A stretch of DNA of 64,000 bases from Raillietiella orientalis. Lineage: Eukaryota. Location: assembly GCA_036172245.1 (NCBI GenBank), contig JAYWIR010000036.1:806001-870000 (forward strand). Reading direction: 5' to 3'. Shown here piece after piece: positions 13,401 through 27,300 of this stretch. The notes under the pieces are model-generated. The model worked only from the letters and a program-made list of their open reading frames with translations. It searched no databases and was not told the origin of the DNA. The position numbers were made by a program, and so were the translations under genes. Numbering within the stretch: position 1 is the stretch's first letter; each line of letters begins with the position of its first letter.

Positions 13401-15438
13401 GCTATTCCAAAAAATGGAGAGGGGATCGGAGGCGACAAGTTGGGATTCCAAAGGAGGTCGTTAGTTTTAGATGCTTCATTGGAGCGCTTGCGAGCGCATG
13501 GTATGACCTATTTGGGAGCACAATTCGTGATAGTACTATCACAGCAGAGGGCAAAGTCTATTCCACTTATCACGCTATCCCCATGTGGATGGGTTTCTTT
13601 GCTATCCGGAAACTTTGGTTTCCCTTAGTCCATGAGCGATACCTCTAGATGGTGTTACCAGAAGAACGATGGGGGTTGTCAGGACCGCAGTGTGAAAAAA
13701 AAAAAAAAAAATTGGGAGTTTATTAGCGGATGGGATTCGTGCTTCGTCAGCCGGCTTTGTGTGGAGAACGTCGAGTGATTAACCGTGACGATGGAAGAAA
13801 AACGCCCTTCCCTGCTCATCTTCGATGTGGAATGCGATCCTCTTGGAAACTGATTCTCTGATGCGGGTAAATAATTCACTATCGAATTGGTTGGCCGAGA
13901 GTTGGCTTCGACGGGGAAGCCAATAGCTCGTAGGTGTGTAACCTAACTACCTGGCACACCCACCAGCCCAACTCACACGAAACCTGTGCGGAGCTGTCCG
14001 TGAAGATGGGTGTGGACTCGTAGGGTGCCCGCTGGAGGATGCACACGCGGCAACCGAATTCAACGAGGCGGCTTCACGGGGAGCCTTTCGTTCCTCGGAT
14101 GCTGAGATCCAGGGGGAACTTTCTGCTTGCGTGTCTTATGTCTGGATCGGTTGGCTATTGGAGTCAGCTGCAACGTGTGCACGGGCAAGCGTGCGTACAC
14201 GATTGTGTACACACGAAAGCAAAAATAACAAGTGAAATTCGTAATGCTGCGTTTCACGAAGCGAAAAATTCCCGGAGAGGCTCTCGTCTGATTATGGGGG
14301 AAGTAGACATTCGCGTCACTCTCTCCCTCTACGTGGTTCGTGGTGCCGTTCACGATGCGAGTCACACAAATCCACATCGGAAGTGCATCCGGTCCTTTCC
14401 CTTGCTTCAGCGGTCAACATCCCAGGGAAGCGTTGAACGGTATGGGGGGGTCCACACGCCCAAAAGGTAGCTTTTCGAAGTTCGTTTCCACGCGGAGACC
14501 AGCTTCACTTCTGAAATCGAGCCGCTGAAACCAGAATTCCAGTCCTGATCAACAGAGAGGATGAGAGCTTTCCACCACCACCGCCACCTGAAGGTTCGAC
14601 CGCACATTTCCGCTTTCGGGATGGCTGATGCGAAATGGCGCCAGCTGCCTTCCTATCGTATGTTCACATTCAGGGCAGCCGCGCTCACATTTTGGTTACG
14701 CATGAAATAATAGCAAATGGTGTACGCCACCACACCGGCGCTCCGAAAACTGAAAATCGGCAGCTTTGCAAACGTGTTTGGATGTGTCATTCGACGTGAT
14801 TAAACGAGGCCTTCACGAGTTTCGTAAGCGACGAGGTCATGTGAGCGACTGGAAAAGCCATCGCGCTCTCGTCGAAAATTGGTCCGGAAACGAGTACCCA
14901 CCAAGAAAATCTCGTGGCAGCTGACTGATGGCCCGAATGTGGCAGACTACATCCAGGAAAAATACAGCAGTGTTTAGAAACGTCCCCTTAACCTAATCTT
15001 ATTTGGGGGGGGGGGGGGGGGCATTGCTGTATGCCACCGCCGAATGCTTCGCCGCGTGCAACCTGTAAGATGCATTTGTTTGCATTCCACATTGGTTATC
15101 ATGTCGCTGCCGTGTTGTTTCAAATGGGATCAACTGTTCCACACTCCTCGCAATGCTTCGTCCACCATTATTTCTTGCTTTCCTCATTTTGTGACACTGC
15201 GTCTGATGTGCTAATAATTCGCGGCAACCTGAAAGATGCAGAATGCGTTATTGAAAATTGTACTGATGAATGCTGTCTGTGTTTTCAGAGGCAAATGGTG
15301 GAGGTCCTTCCTGTATTTCAAGTCTTCTATTCTCATGGGCAAGTGCGCTCTATGATATTTTTGTATGGACAGGAGCTGCAGCCATATCGCTCAGCGAATC
15401 GATCAGGAACATCCTTATGTAATTGTAATCTATTATGA
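1505..15438 (+). CDS. SSUH2/ssu-2-like protein, paralog A (divergent; ~342 aa; CxxC zinc-finger repeats; C-terminal CaaX CNLL)
   Basis: Exons 1505-1607, 2135-2322, 2361-2495, 8676-8783, 11567-11703, 12096-12303 and 15289-15438, all GT-AG, phases consistent, total 1029 nt. Exon-by-exon similarity to paralog B, e.g. YSLESFAEMREARWNFEP..SPWDV vs YEVQTFTEKRETMWSFAP..LPWEI, and WPLSNFPESTI vs LPLTNFPDSSI. The last two exons have the same lengths as in paralog B (208 and 150 nt). ATTAAA at 15441. The first exon is the least certain. Confidence 0.8.
3380..4520 (+). mobile_element. Old decayed copy of LINE family X inside SSUH2-A intron 3
   Basis: Short collinear matches to the reverse complement of 57.1-58.6 kb: ggctcgttcgcgcc; VMLACANER vs LMLAVMTER; LDFVCPYHS vs VDPSRVTPYNS. 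Confidence 0.4.
7600..7960 (+). mobile_element. Decayed non-LTR retrotransposon ORF2 fragment (post-RT GGLG region)
   Basis: At ~7876, DWVTIRRTQASGG(frameshift)IGLL resembles the W....P..GGLGL motif that follows the RT in L1/Tx1 elements. Confidence 0.3.
9150..9800. mobile_element. Two small decayed LINE pieces (zinc-finger-like on +, EN-RT linker-like on -)
   Basis: On + ~9225-9330: TLPVKTSPCQIC..H..W.R. On - ~9690-9760: REEAKSSRQMQSRRALC, resembling the E.A.G..IRSRA.W linker motif. Confidence 0.25.
13940..14630 (+). mobile_element. Decayed copy of LINE family X (extra domain) inside SSUH2-A last intron
   Basis: Collinear matches to the reverse complement of 56.85-57.4 kb and 1-300: MGVDS*G vs LGVDPAG; VDIRVT vs VDPSRVT; ccagaattc vs ccgagttc; tttccaccaccaccg...ttcgggatggc vs ttttcaccaccaccg...ttcggatggc. 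Confidence 0.5.
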
Positions 15439-18400
15439 TTATTAAAAACTATATATATATATATTTAAAAAATATAACACATATATATATTAAAAAAAAT
15501 AACGTATGACTGGAAAGGAGGCGGGGAAAAGAACAGTGAAGGAGCTGAGTCAGCCGAAAAGGCGTGGCAGTACTGATCGGCTGGAAGTTCTTCGATCTGC
15601 TCCCGTGCGCAGGCCCCGACCTCCATCGATCGGCTCCTGGTGCACTCGTTGCCACGATTACTGAGCTCGCAAAATTTTTTAATAAAGGCTTCTTTTATTC
15701 CAAGTCCTCATGTGCAGGGAAAACTAAGAAACTGCATCGGGGACACACAAGGATTACAAAAAACAAAAACAAAAACAAAATCCCGTGCTCTTATGTATGC
15801 CTCCAGGACAGTGAACCCTTGAAACCGACCAAGACGAGCACGCTGCTACTTATAGAACTTTGAAAGATGTGGGTAAACCACATACCAAACCGACCTCCGT
15901 ATTCCGTTTTGGTATATACATGGAGCAGTGGATGATGTGAAAAGGAAATGTACCCCCTCGTGAATGGAAGACCGGATTTTCGACCGAGTGCACCAGAAAT
16001 GGGATCAAGCAGAACAGGTATTTTGAGGGTTTTTTTTTTTTTTCTAAAAAAAAAAGGAAAGGATAACCATACCCTAAGTTTCTAGCTCTGGCGCGGATAT
16101 TTGAAACTTTTCAAGTGCCGTGATTTTGTTTTCGATTTCCCGAATGTGCTCTCCGGAGTGGGCTTGGGGATTCACGCGAAAGAGTCTTTCGTGCGGTGCG
16201 CCCCCCCCCCCCCGGTTCGTAAGGCACGAGACCACGGGCTCTCCCGACGCTGCCCGGAGGTGAGGCGGGTCACAGAGTGTGAATGCCAAGAGAAGCTTTT
16301 CGTCTCTCGCTCCAAGACCACGTACAGCGCCGCTGTTGTCGTTTTGTGGTTTCAGTCCATTTGCTTAATCCATGCATGTGAAAATCTAGTAGGAATCTTC
16401 TGAAAAAGCATAGCTGCAAGTTCACCATTATTCCACTGAACGCGAAAACGAATTCCATGGCTTTCGTGAAGAAGGAAAAGTTTCTTCTGGGTATATGTGT
16501 GATCATCAAGTCACAATAATAATTAAAAGCAGCATAGTAATTTTCGGAAATCGGGATCACATTTGATTTGAAAGCAAGCCAGAGGGAAAATTTTGTCCCT
16601 GTTTCTTACGTGTAATGCTGCAGTTGGAAGTTTCCCCACAGATTTCCATCCACTTCTGTTGCATTGTCTTAAAAAGGCAAAGCAAAACGAGGTTCCTCTA
16701 CGTGTGATGCTATTTACGTAACATCCCTCAAGGAAATAATAGGAAATATTCTCCTTGTTTCACAGGTTTCCTTTGCAGGAGAGGGATTAATGCATTTCTG
16801 CATTGTGTATTAGTTCTCTGTTAATTGCTCAGTTATTGAACAATTTGATTTTGTCACCAAAGGTTTCATTTGATGTAACTTGAACCCAACACTTTGTAGA
16901 CCATTAAAGCAGCTCTTGTTTTTGTGACCACCAGTGTTATTCACAGCTTTTCCAATAAATTGAGGTAAACAAAACAAACTAAAAATTGATGCTAGTTGCT
17001 GAGATCATGAACTTTTAAAAAGTTCTTTTCATGGATGTTTGCATTGTGTTCCTTCAAGTATTGTATACACAAACTTTTGAACAGTCACATTTATAAAATA
17101 ACCCATGTATTTTAGATTGATAGATTAAGGATTGTCAATTGAATAGCTGAACGTATTCATTTTACCGAAATCCAGTTATTGAACTTTTCAAGTAGAAACT
17201 TAATATTAGATTGCATAAGCAATACAAAAGTCAACAAATCATGGTTAAGAGTAACGGAAAGATTTTTAAAAACGTGATGAAATAGAGAGACAAAGTATGT
17301 CAGGGAAAATGTAACATCCTTGTTGAAATTCCATGCATAGGAATCTCGCTTCAGAACATGCTTTTTTCTCCACTGTTGAAAAAAGCTATAGGATGAAACT
17401 TAATGGAGATCTGGAATTAAACAAGGAAAATTCAAGGATAGGAATCTCAAATTTAAGGATGAAATCGCATATCAAATCAATTCAAGTATACCCTGCACTA
17501 TATTTCTTTCATCATGAATTAAACTGCACTATACCTCTGACATTGCAAAGAAGGGTAAAATCATAACCTGCAAACTGGCTCAATTGACTTGTATTTACCG
17601 TGATTTTTTAATTCAGTTTAATGGTAACGTGCATGTTGCAAGCACTTTTGAAAATAGGCATGTTGAAGAAATATAATGAAGAACATATCGGTAAATAAAT
17701 ATTAAAAGAATATATATAATAGAGAAAACACCAGAAAAAAATGAAATGGTTGATAAGAACAATTTCAGGTGTGCCACACTGCATAGTACTCACCAAACAT
17801 GACATTTAGTTCCTTATGGGTCCAATTCTATGGCTAAAGGCCTTGCTAGTTGAATTCCTGGAAGACCTTATGTGTGCTAATCAAATGTAAAATTTGTATT
17901 GATGTCAAATGATGTACACTGTTCAACTGTTTCCTATAGTGTTGTATTAAAGGATGCGCAAAACATACTTTCTGTGTCGGTTTTAATTCTTCATAATTTT
18001 AGGTTTTGAAAGTCATTTTCAGGAACATTTACAACGGTGTGTACATCTCAACAATTGTACTGTTTATTATTCACGTTAACTAAAAGTGACAAAATTCATA
18101 CGTGAAACTCAAAGGAAAATTTCAGTTGAAAGGCAAACTTGTGCGGACTGATTTCGATCCATGCGGTGTACGCAGGGGCTCACTGGTACATTAGGCACAA
18201 TGTACATAACAAACAACGGAACCCATTCCTTTGTACTTCTCGGTCTTCCATTAAGCCGCTTTAGACGATTTAATCACGGAAAGCACTTATCGGTCTGGCA
18301 AATCGTTTTCGAATCAAACAAAAACTGACTTTCGTGTTGGTTACTTTTTGCAGTTTTGTCTCAAGGGAACACCACGTTGTTGGAGACGCACGTCCGCGGA

Positions 18401-18599
18401 AACACTCAGGCGCGGCCGACGTTCGGCAAAATTGGCGGCAGCCATGTTGCCAGCTTTGAAAGCCGATCATCCAAAGGAAAAAGTCTGTCGATCGGATGCT
18501 TCCGTGTGGAATTCGACCAAACTTGAAAAACTGCATTACGAGAGTGATATTTTACAGAGTAATCGTCCCGTCGTGAGAAAGAAGAATTCCGCCATGTCC

Positions 18600-19200
18600 C
18601 GACCCACCATCATCACAAGTGTGTGCCATCGATTCCCACGTTCTGTAATGATTTCTGGAGATGATGCTGGTCCACGAGGCTTGGAAAATTTCGATTCCGT
18701 GTAAATCGTACATGCGGTGTTTCTTTTCGAATCGCAATTTTACAAATCTCGCACATGCTGACAGACTGACGATCTTTCTTCGTTTCCTATTAAAATCAAA
18801 GATATCCTTTTGTACCGACGATCGCAAGAATTATGGTGTAGTGGAACGAATTTTCGGCATGCCAAAAAAAGTGCTGGCAATTACATAGCAGTACTTTCGT
18901 GCAGTTTCTTCGCTATCCTCCTCCAATGAAACACGTAATCAGCAAAATCGTTGACTCCTAAATTGCAGTGGGCATAACTGCCACTAAAGAGATAAAATGA
19001 TCCAAATGAAAACCACCGTAAATAACAAGGTCTTGTTACAGCAGTTGCAGTCCTGGCGTCCACGGCGGCAGCTTGCAGGTAGCAAAGCGAAGAAGTCGAT
19101 GGATGCCATGAAGAACTTCAAATTTGTGTTGTCGATCGAAATTCCGTTCCATTGAGGTTTCATTGGAATTCTTAAATCATTGAGCTTCCCGATAAGGTGG
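18600..19200 (-). mobile_element. Possible decayed hAT-like DNA transposase remnant between the SSUH2 paralogs
   Basis: Broken minus-strand frames give GISIDNTN, YAHCNLGVND and RTWES in the order expected for the hAT D..N, CxxH.LNL and TRW.S motifs. No terminal inverted repeats identified. Confidence 0.3.
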
Positions 19201-21327
19201 AAGAGCGGCGTGCATTCCAAAGGAGCAGTTGTTAACCGACTGAGAAAGTTGGGCCATTTATGCTTGCCAAAAACAACTAGTGCATGCGCATTTTTATATG
19301 CGGGGAAATGGTAACTCTTGCGGATATGGGTGTGTTGAAAGAAAATGAGGTATCCTCAAAACGGCAGACTGCAGCATGTGTGCTTCGGGGTTCCTGAAAT
19401 AGGGAAAAACGCTTTCCGCAATCGTTGCCTTCTCCGCTTTCAGAGACTCTTTCGCAGCGCCTCGTGTCATGCTTATTACAAGCATACGATGCACTTTATT
19501 TGAAATCTTTTTTTTCTTTTAAAAGAAAACATTTTGCAGCCTTTCATTAGGACTCTCCTCTTTTTTCTTCTTTTAAGTCAAAAGCTCCTATTTCTTTGCG
19601 TAGCCAATAGTTGGGATAAGTTAATTGGGATGGATGTAAGCCTAGCCATGAAAGCTGGGAATCTGTGTGGATCGTATGTTGGTGTTTTCATTGAGATACC
19701 ACGACTCCCTACATGAAACACGCATCCCACTCTTTTAATTGAGGTTTGGCATCTTCGTTAGTAAAACGGAAGCACTTTGCATCGGTTAGGTGTCTTCACA
19801 ATGCTGGTTTCTTAGTTGGGGAATTCGAAAAACGGAAGCATTGAACTTTCGGAACGTTATCAAGGAAGTGTTTAGGTGTTTCTTTTATTTATGTGTATGT
19901 AATAATGCAGAAGAGTATTAATAGTATGCTTGCCCTTGTGTCTAAAAAAAGTCTTTCGGTGTTTGTTGTTTCTAAAGCTACGAAGTTCCTTCCAACCGGA
20001 AGACGTGGTGGATCTCCGACTACAGACGAATAAATGCTATTTCTAAATCGAATGTGGGCGTGATCCAGCGTGGTGGTGCCGGCAGAAGTCGTTCTTGGAG
20101 TCCCTCCCCGTGCAAAAGTCAGATCGGGAGCTGTTTCGTTGTTCGGAAGTTTTAACAGCAGCTCTCCGAATGTGCTTCCTGGTGAGTTTCGTTCAGTGAA
20201 AGTCGCGCGTCCGGAGATGCCTTTGGTATTTCGTTCGTTCCTTCCTCCCGTATTTGCGGCGCCCGGCCTGCGCTCTCTGCAAAGAGCACGGAAATCGGCA
20301 ACCCAGCGGCTTTCTGCAGTTGCTCTGGTCGGCACTTACTTTTCGTGTGCGCAGGCTGTCCCGGTTCGTGGCGGAGTTTCCTTGTTCCTGTCGAACCTTC
20401 GGGCGGAGTGCATGGGTGGCCGGCAACTGGGCCGTGTTCGGATTACTCGAGGCACCAGAGGTCACACTTGCACGGGAGCTCGCTTCATTCTTAAGGAAAG
20501 CAGAAACTCTGGAGATTTGTGTTTCGGTCGTCTCGATTGACCGCGCCCCTCCCTCCCCTCCCCTCCCCCATCAACTCGTGTGGCGCATTCGTCGTGAATT
20601 TTGATTCGCTGGCCGGGTACGAAAGCCCGTCTTTTGCGGCAGTCAGGATTCGATCGCCGTCGATCGGTTCCAGATTGTGTTAGCACCAACTCTGACAGAG
20701 ACGCTTGCCACGACGCCTGGCTTAATTCCACTGATTTATTTCTGAACAGAGATTTACATCTCACGCTGGTTACTCGTTCACCTCTACTTCATGAAGCGAA
20801 TGTGACCTACTTTTCTACTGAAAGACACGTGAATAACAGGTTCTGACATATGTTTGAAGTGCTTGAATCGAGACTCCAGTTTCCGGTACTGCTTTGGGGT
20901 GCGAACTTGACTGAAATCAGCTCCGATGTTGCGGTTGCCTGACTTTGGCAGTTCCCGCTGTGGAATTTTGGCTCTTCTTGGTCTTTGGTGGATTAGATAT
21001 TATCATATGATCCATAATCCGTAGTGAAAATCCAAGAAAAGCCATACGTAGGTGTGTGTATTCTTCTCGTATCGGGGATTCGTAATCCACAATACCAAAG
21101 CGACCCGTATCGATGTACGCTTTACTTACGTTCATGTTTCCCGTGGTTACCTCGTATCTTTGAAAGTTTCAAGATTCCCTGCCGTGTTTGTGTTTGGTTG
21201 CTCCCCTGTCTGCGACTGTGCCTTTCTTTGGTGGCCTCGGATTTGAATTCTGCTGTGTGTCAGTCAGTCCGAAGAGGTCTTAAATTATTGGAAATGTTGA
21301 TCGTTGTGGTTTGCAGATTCCCGTCCA

Positions 21328-24300
21328 ATGATGAAGGCTGTGTCGAATGATGATGTCAGTTCCCCTTCTGCTCCGCCACTGGACCTCGTCGGCTCCGTCG
21401 CCGGATATGAAGACTTGTCGGTCTTGAGTAAGATGGAATGATTGGTATCTCAGTAATGCCGATTTACGGCTGCAGCGTGATCGGGCATCGTGTGTTGTCC
21501 TGGCTCTTGTTTTCGTGCGTGTGTCCTTCGTCCTTCGAGCTGCACACTGCTTTCTCGGTTCTTCGGCAGTTTCATGCAGTTCAGCTGCTTTCTTCGGAAG
21601 TTCTCTCCCTGCACCTACATCTGCGACGCGGTCTGCGTCCCAGACTCAAAATAAACCGAAGCGAGTGCTGGTTAGGTGGAGCAGGCGCGCATCCGAATGA
21701 TGCGCTTTCTTGAACAGTCGCCATTGGAGCAGCAGCAGTACCGTCTCGATTGCTTCATTTCGGAAGCGGAAGTGCTTTTGAAGTAGTGCGCGCTTTATTC
21801 TCCACAAATTACGAAACAGCTCTCCGTTTGACCGCGCTGGCCCACAGCTTCACTTCCTACGTGTTCCTGCCTTGTTTTCCCGCTTCTTGGTGCAGCTGTT
21901 GAACTGGGTTGCTGCTGAGGTGCAAGTAAGACGCGGACTGCAGACGCGGAAGTGACTTTCGCCTCTTCGCAGAATCGCATCTGGAGATGAGAACAGTGTT
22001 TGGACGTTGGGAATCTCGGTTTCCGCCTAAGGAAAAGGTGAAGACTTCCTCCTCTTTTCTTACGTGGTTGGGTGCGTGCTGGACCGAACCTCTAGCGGGC
22101 ATTCTCAGTTTGCTATTCTCAGTCGCGTGCTCCTTCATCTGATTAGGTCTTTAGTGCGTTTTTGTTCGATTGCTCTAATCAAATGGTATTTCTGCTGTGT
22201 GAGTTTCTGTCTTTCTCTTTTTCCGTGTGTGCTAATGTTTGCATCAGTTTGAAGAATTATTTTGAAACACCCTAGACCCTCGAAGAACTCGAGGTGGTTC
22301 CATTCAAGACCTTCGAACTGAAGGCATCTAGGTGCAGAGGCAAAAATCTATGATGTTTTTTGTTGTTGTTTCGTTGTCTCCTCTCCCCGTGAGGTTACTG
22401 CAGCTATCCTATTTGTTAGGTGCATTAACGGCTTCGTCTTCGGTGCTCGTACAACTCTTGACGACATTTATGCTGAAAACACGCATTTGTCTCTTTGAAC
22501 TTGAAGTGAACCTGGACGTCGGTTCCCTACTGAGACAGGAATACGAATTCGCATTTGCTTTCCACAGTTTCGAGCTCTCGGAAAAACATCTCCTTGTTTT
22601 CAAACATCTCCTTTTCCTTATCAAACAGTGTCGTGCATGCTCGCTCCCAATGCGGCTTCTTGGGTGACAAAGAATCGTGCTTCTCTCTCTTCCTTTCTTG
22701 TTTCATCCACTGCGTCCACAGCAGGCGCTGTTTTTCCGATCAGTTACGTCGCAAAGGGTTCGCAAGTGTTCCGATTTTTCTTGCAAACAAATAAATTCCC
22801 GAGAACGGCGACATCGGGAGTAGAACTGCAGGCGCTTGACTTTCAATTTATTTAGTAATCTTAATCGAAACGAATGTTCCTTTGGGGTCCCTGACTTAAT
22901 CATAATAGAAAGAGTTCTTTTTCCCCGTAGCGCTGACTTGCTAATGCCCTTCGTCGTCGCCAAGTCATCTCTTAAAATGTCAGGAGCAAGCACGTCGAGG
23001 ACCAGGGGTGCCGTATAGCATCCTTTGTCCTTAATTTGTGATAATTCGTGTGGACGGTATTTCACCCAGGAAATCGCAAGGGACTTCCTGTCCCGGTATC
23101 GACTGACAAATCGGCACCCGCCTTGCCGATCGCGGCAGGCGGAAGAAAATGGGCAGATCAGAATGTGCGGAAAAGACAGCTCAGTGCGGTGTTACGTGTG
23201 CCGAGTGTACCGCTTCCTCATTTCCTGGCGAGATTAGAAAATACAGCAATTGCTTTGTTTCCGAAATGGACATTCGGTGACCCTTCCCGTTTGCATGCAT
23301 CTGTCAAAGCCGAGTCACTGAATCCGAATTTTCGTGCTACGGATGTGGGTGAAGCAGCACTAGGCTACTGCCTCCTCCTCATTTAATGCCTTCATCATGA
23401 CCATGCCACGGAAAACCCCACCGACCAGTGTACTTTTCCTTGGCTACACCGTTCGTTCGTTCAGCATTCTTCAGCGATGCGGTTTGTGACATTCAGGTTG
23501 CATCCTAAGGGAGGACTTTTCCTCATCCTTTTCGGCTTCGGCGCGCGCCTTGGCGAGCGGAACAGCGACGTTCCGGTAATGAGCAGCATGGGTGTGGCAC
23601 CTGAGGGGATCTTCAGCAGATCGACTCGGTTTCAAAACGAATGGGGGACTCCGATTTTTCATAACCCCGTCTGCCGCTCTGCCGTTTTGGTTTGGCCTTT
23701 CCTGGCCGTCGGTGGGAAAGCAGCGTCCCCGCTAAACCGTTCCGCGCGGGAGCTGACCAAGGCAGGATCTTCCGTAAGAACGTGCTGTGCACAGAGTGAC
23801 GGCTATGGGTAATAAAACTGCACGTGGCAGCGTGCGAGGCGCTTTCGTGGCTCGGCTGTTTCGTATGTAGAAGCTGACGCGCCCCTTTGAACTGCATAGT
23901 TTAGAAATTGACGTGTGCGCTCCGAATGAACCCAGGTTCCTTCAGTGAATTGATGAGTTTTTCAGAGAAAGTTCCGCCTCCCACCGCCCCGAAGCAGAAA
24001 ACTTCACGAGCTGGCAACCGTCCTGCAGTGCTCCCGGTTCATCAGTTCACGGAAGAAGAATGCAAAGCAGCCTTGCTCCGCTACGTTTCCACCCGTTGCT
24101 ATGGAAAGGGTGCAGCAAAAAACATGGTCCTTAGCAAACTAACGAACAATTCTATCTTTCATGTAAGTGTACTTATGTGCAGGGTGTGCCACGTGTATTC
24201 TTGACGAGTGTTTTTGCTCGATTATTCCTAACGTGCACCTCCGTTTCCACCCCCCCCAACAAACTGGGCGCTTTCTCGGTGGCGCTCCGGAAAAGAAGTC

Positions 24301-27300
24301 CGCGGTGGATGAACGACAAATTCGCTACGATCCTCGGGATTGGTGTCGTGAGGCTTCCCTGCAAAAGTGGAAAAGTTGCTGTTGGTCCTCCCCCCCTCTG
24401 CGCGTATGTGAGTGCTCGAAGACAAAACGTTAGCTGTTGTTGTACCTTACGGATAAGATGGCGAACGTCTGCCTATTCGGATCGCCCCTGTTAAAAGAAC
24501 ACACGCCATCAGCATAACATTTGCTTCTTCTCCATACAAAAAGCACAGAAAACAGGATGCAAAAAAACGCACGCACACACACACAAAAAGCAAGCCCACG
24601 AAGACCAGCTTTTGCACTAAATTGTGTTTCAGTGTTTATGCTTTGTGCATTTCTATTTTGTTCCCATCCTTCTTCGCGTGAATATGTAGGTGAAAGCAAC
24701 TACATGGATTAATTGTTTATTGGGTGATGCGCACGTTTTCAGTTCTGCCCTGAGCTTTCCTCATCATACTCGAGAAGGGAAACGGAGATGTAAAACTTGC
24801 CCTTACATCTTGTGAGCTATTCCAGAGGAGTCTCAGATGTTTCCAGAGATCTGTTTTGTATAACAACAAGGGTTAACACAGCTTCTGGAGTCTTTGAGGT
24901 CTCTTCTTCACAAGCACATTCTCCGGAAGAAGGAACGATGGCGCTCCCCAAACAAATCCTGATGCGTGCCCACATATTCTTGAGACCAGGTCGCTCCAGC
25001 GACACCAGCGTTGCGACAGTCCAGCTGGACCGAGAACGCCGGCGGCAACGGTAGTGACCCTTTTGATCCACTCGACTAACGTCGATGCACCCGTCAGCTC
25101 GCACCAGTACCCCCATGCACCCTCACTCGGTCCTGTGCATCTTCCAATCTCTTCATCCAATGCGCCGCGATACGTAACCGTGATCGCTTTTCAATGAAAG
25201 GGAATCCCCTTCGCCATCAAGCAGTCTGCCGCTGAAGATCATTGGCCCGGCGCTTGTTGGTATACTCCAGAGCACACAGCAGCAAGCCGACACCTTCAGC
25301 GACTTCCAGATTTCTGCAGGCATCGTCTGCTCCCCGGTGGCAGGCGAGCGTGGATCATCATTAGAGAAAGGCAGAAGTAAATCGGTGATGAAGAGCCGAG
25401 GAGTTTGCTAAGTTTGAAGCGTTTCTGTGCGTTTGTTTGTGTGATTTCTTCACATGCAGTCGTTTCCGAACCGTGGAACACCTCGTGGATAACTCGATAC
25501 GTAAAGTGCCTTCGCAGATGGATAGCTCGCATTTCCTGGAGGAAGGCGGCTAGGAGAGGAATCGAGGCACCGACCTCGTTTCCGGTGAAAAGCGATCATT
25601 TTCCTTAAGCAAGCTCCTTTGGTTTCCAACGTGACTCATCGGACTGCAGCAGCTCATCCAAAGATGCAATGGAGAGGGAGCGTTGGGCGCTTCCCAGCAG
25701 TACTTCAGGGTGGATACATTTCCAAAATCACTTATTGTGGCGAAACTCCTGCTCCTAATGAAAGAAGTGAGAACCTGTTGGTTCAAAACAAAAAAAGAAA
25801 AACAGTTGATAGTGGTCGGTCGTGGACGCACGGTGGCAATTTCTCAGCGCGATAAGCTTCTTGCACCAAACTTCACCAGCAAACCACTGCCACACCCTAG
25901 CAAGGCACACGGGAAGGCGAGCCTGAGTCGTTTGTGAGCGGTTCGTAAAGTGGTCAATCTCCTCTGTGCTCCTGCTGCCCGTATCCTGTATTCCGCCCAG
26001 GAGATCGCTTCCAGCTCTGAAATTTTATAGGATGGTAGCGAAAATGCTACCACGAGGGCGTCAGCTGTGTTTTGGGGAGTTCCGTCTGCAGAATCGCAGA
26101 TTTTCGCCTGTGGTATCGATTTGGCTGGACGGAAACTTCGGCGTAAGGTATGACAACCTGCGCGGTTCCTCCGTACGAGATGTGTCTTCGAACCCGAAGT
26201 TGTTTCCGCGTATTTGCTACATACCATAGCGTTTGATGGAGACGTTATGTATGTTTGCATAAGGAGCGTAGTGAAATCGCATTCCTGTTGCCACGTTTTT
26301 CTTCGGCGAACATTCACACTTTTCACATTCACTGTGCCGTGTTTGTACCTTACTAAGAATTTCAAGAGTTCGTTCGTGAATACCAGCCGGGGGGGGGGAG
26401 GGAGGGGGGAGGGCTACTGAACGAGACCCCAGTTAACGCGAATATGTCAAAGCGTTTTCCTGTTTTAGCTCTCATTAAGAGCAATGAATGAAAACTTGGA
26501 AAACGAATGACGACACTCCTGCAGCTCTGCACTTTTGCTAAATCTTCAATAACAGACTAACAGTAAATCATTAGGAAAAAAAAATGAATAAAAGCTAATT
26601 AGTATCGTGGAATGTCCGTACTTGTCAAGCATGTTTAGCATTTGAAGAAGACAAAAGATAATAGTCTTCACATGATCGTCCAAAGGCACGTTCTGTTTTG
26701 CTGTAATACGGCACGTTCTTTTTCTTTGATGTTTTGTCCCTTGGATTTCTTAGCGCCTTTCATCGAGGGCATCTCCGACTGTGATATTATAACCTGCTGA
26801 AAGCAAAGCGCGATATCAAGCCCTGCCCCTAAACTGCTCTTCTTTCACCTTAAAAAAATAACGACAACGTTTCCAAATAGTTGGGTTTCCTACCTTCCTA
26901 AATGCCGCTTGTGAATATGAATGCTTAAAATGCACGAAATTGCCTCAAGGCGGTTGGGACCTATTGGGGGAGAAGGCGTGTCTGTCGAGGCAACCCGAGG
27001 TGTACCTTTCGAACGACAGAGTCACACTGAGTTGAAAGAGATGCCACAGGCACTCTGCGTCCATGTCACGGTGCTTGCAAGTCACATCGACCACATTGCA
27101 ACAACACGTGACAATACGACAGCCACGTTGCCTGCCTGCGAGTTCTGTGGTGAACATGGTGTAATGCAGGGAGTTGTTGTTCAGCCACACGCCATTTCGA
27201 AGGGGGGTTGTCGATCATCCACTCCCGAGTTCAGCAGTGAAAGTCCATCATCTTGCAGTGTGAAAAGGAAACGCTTGGAAGATGGCCTCGAATTTGGAAG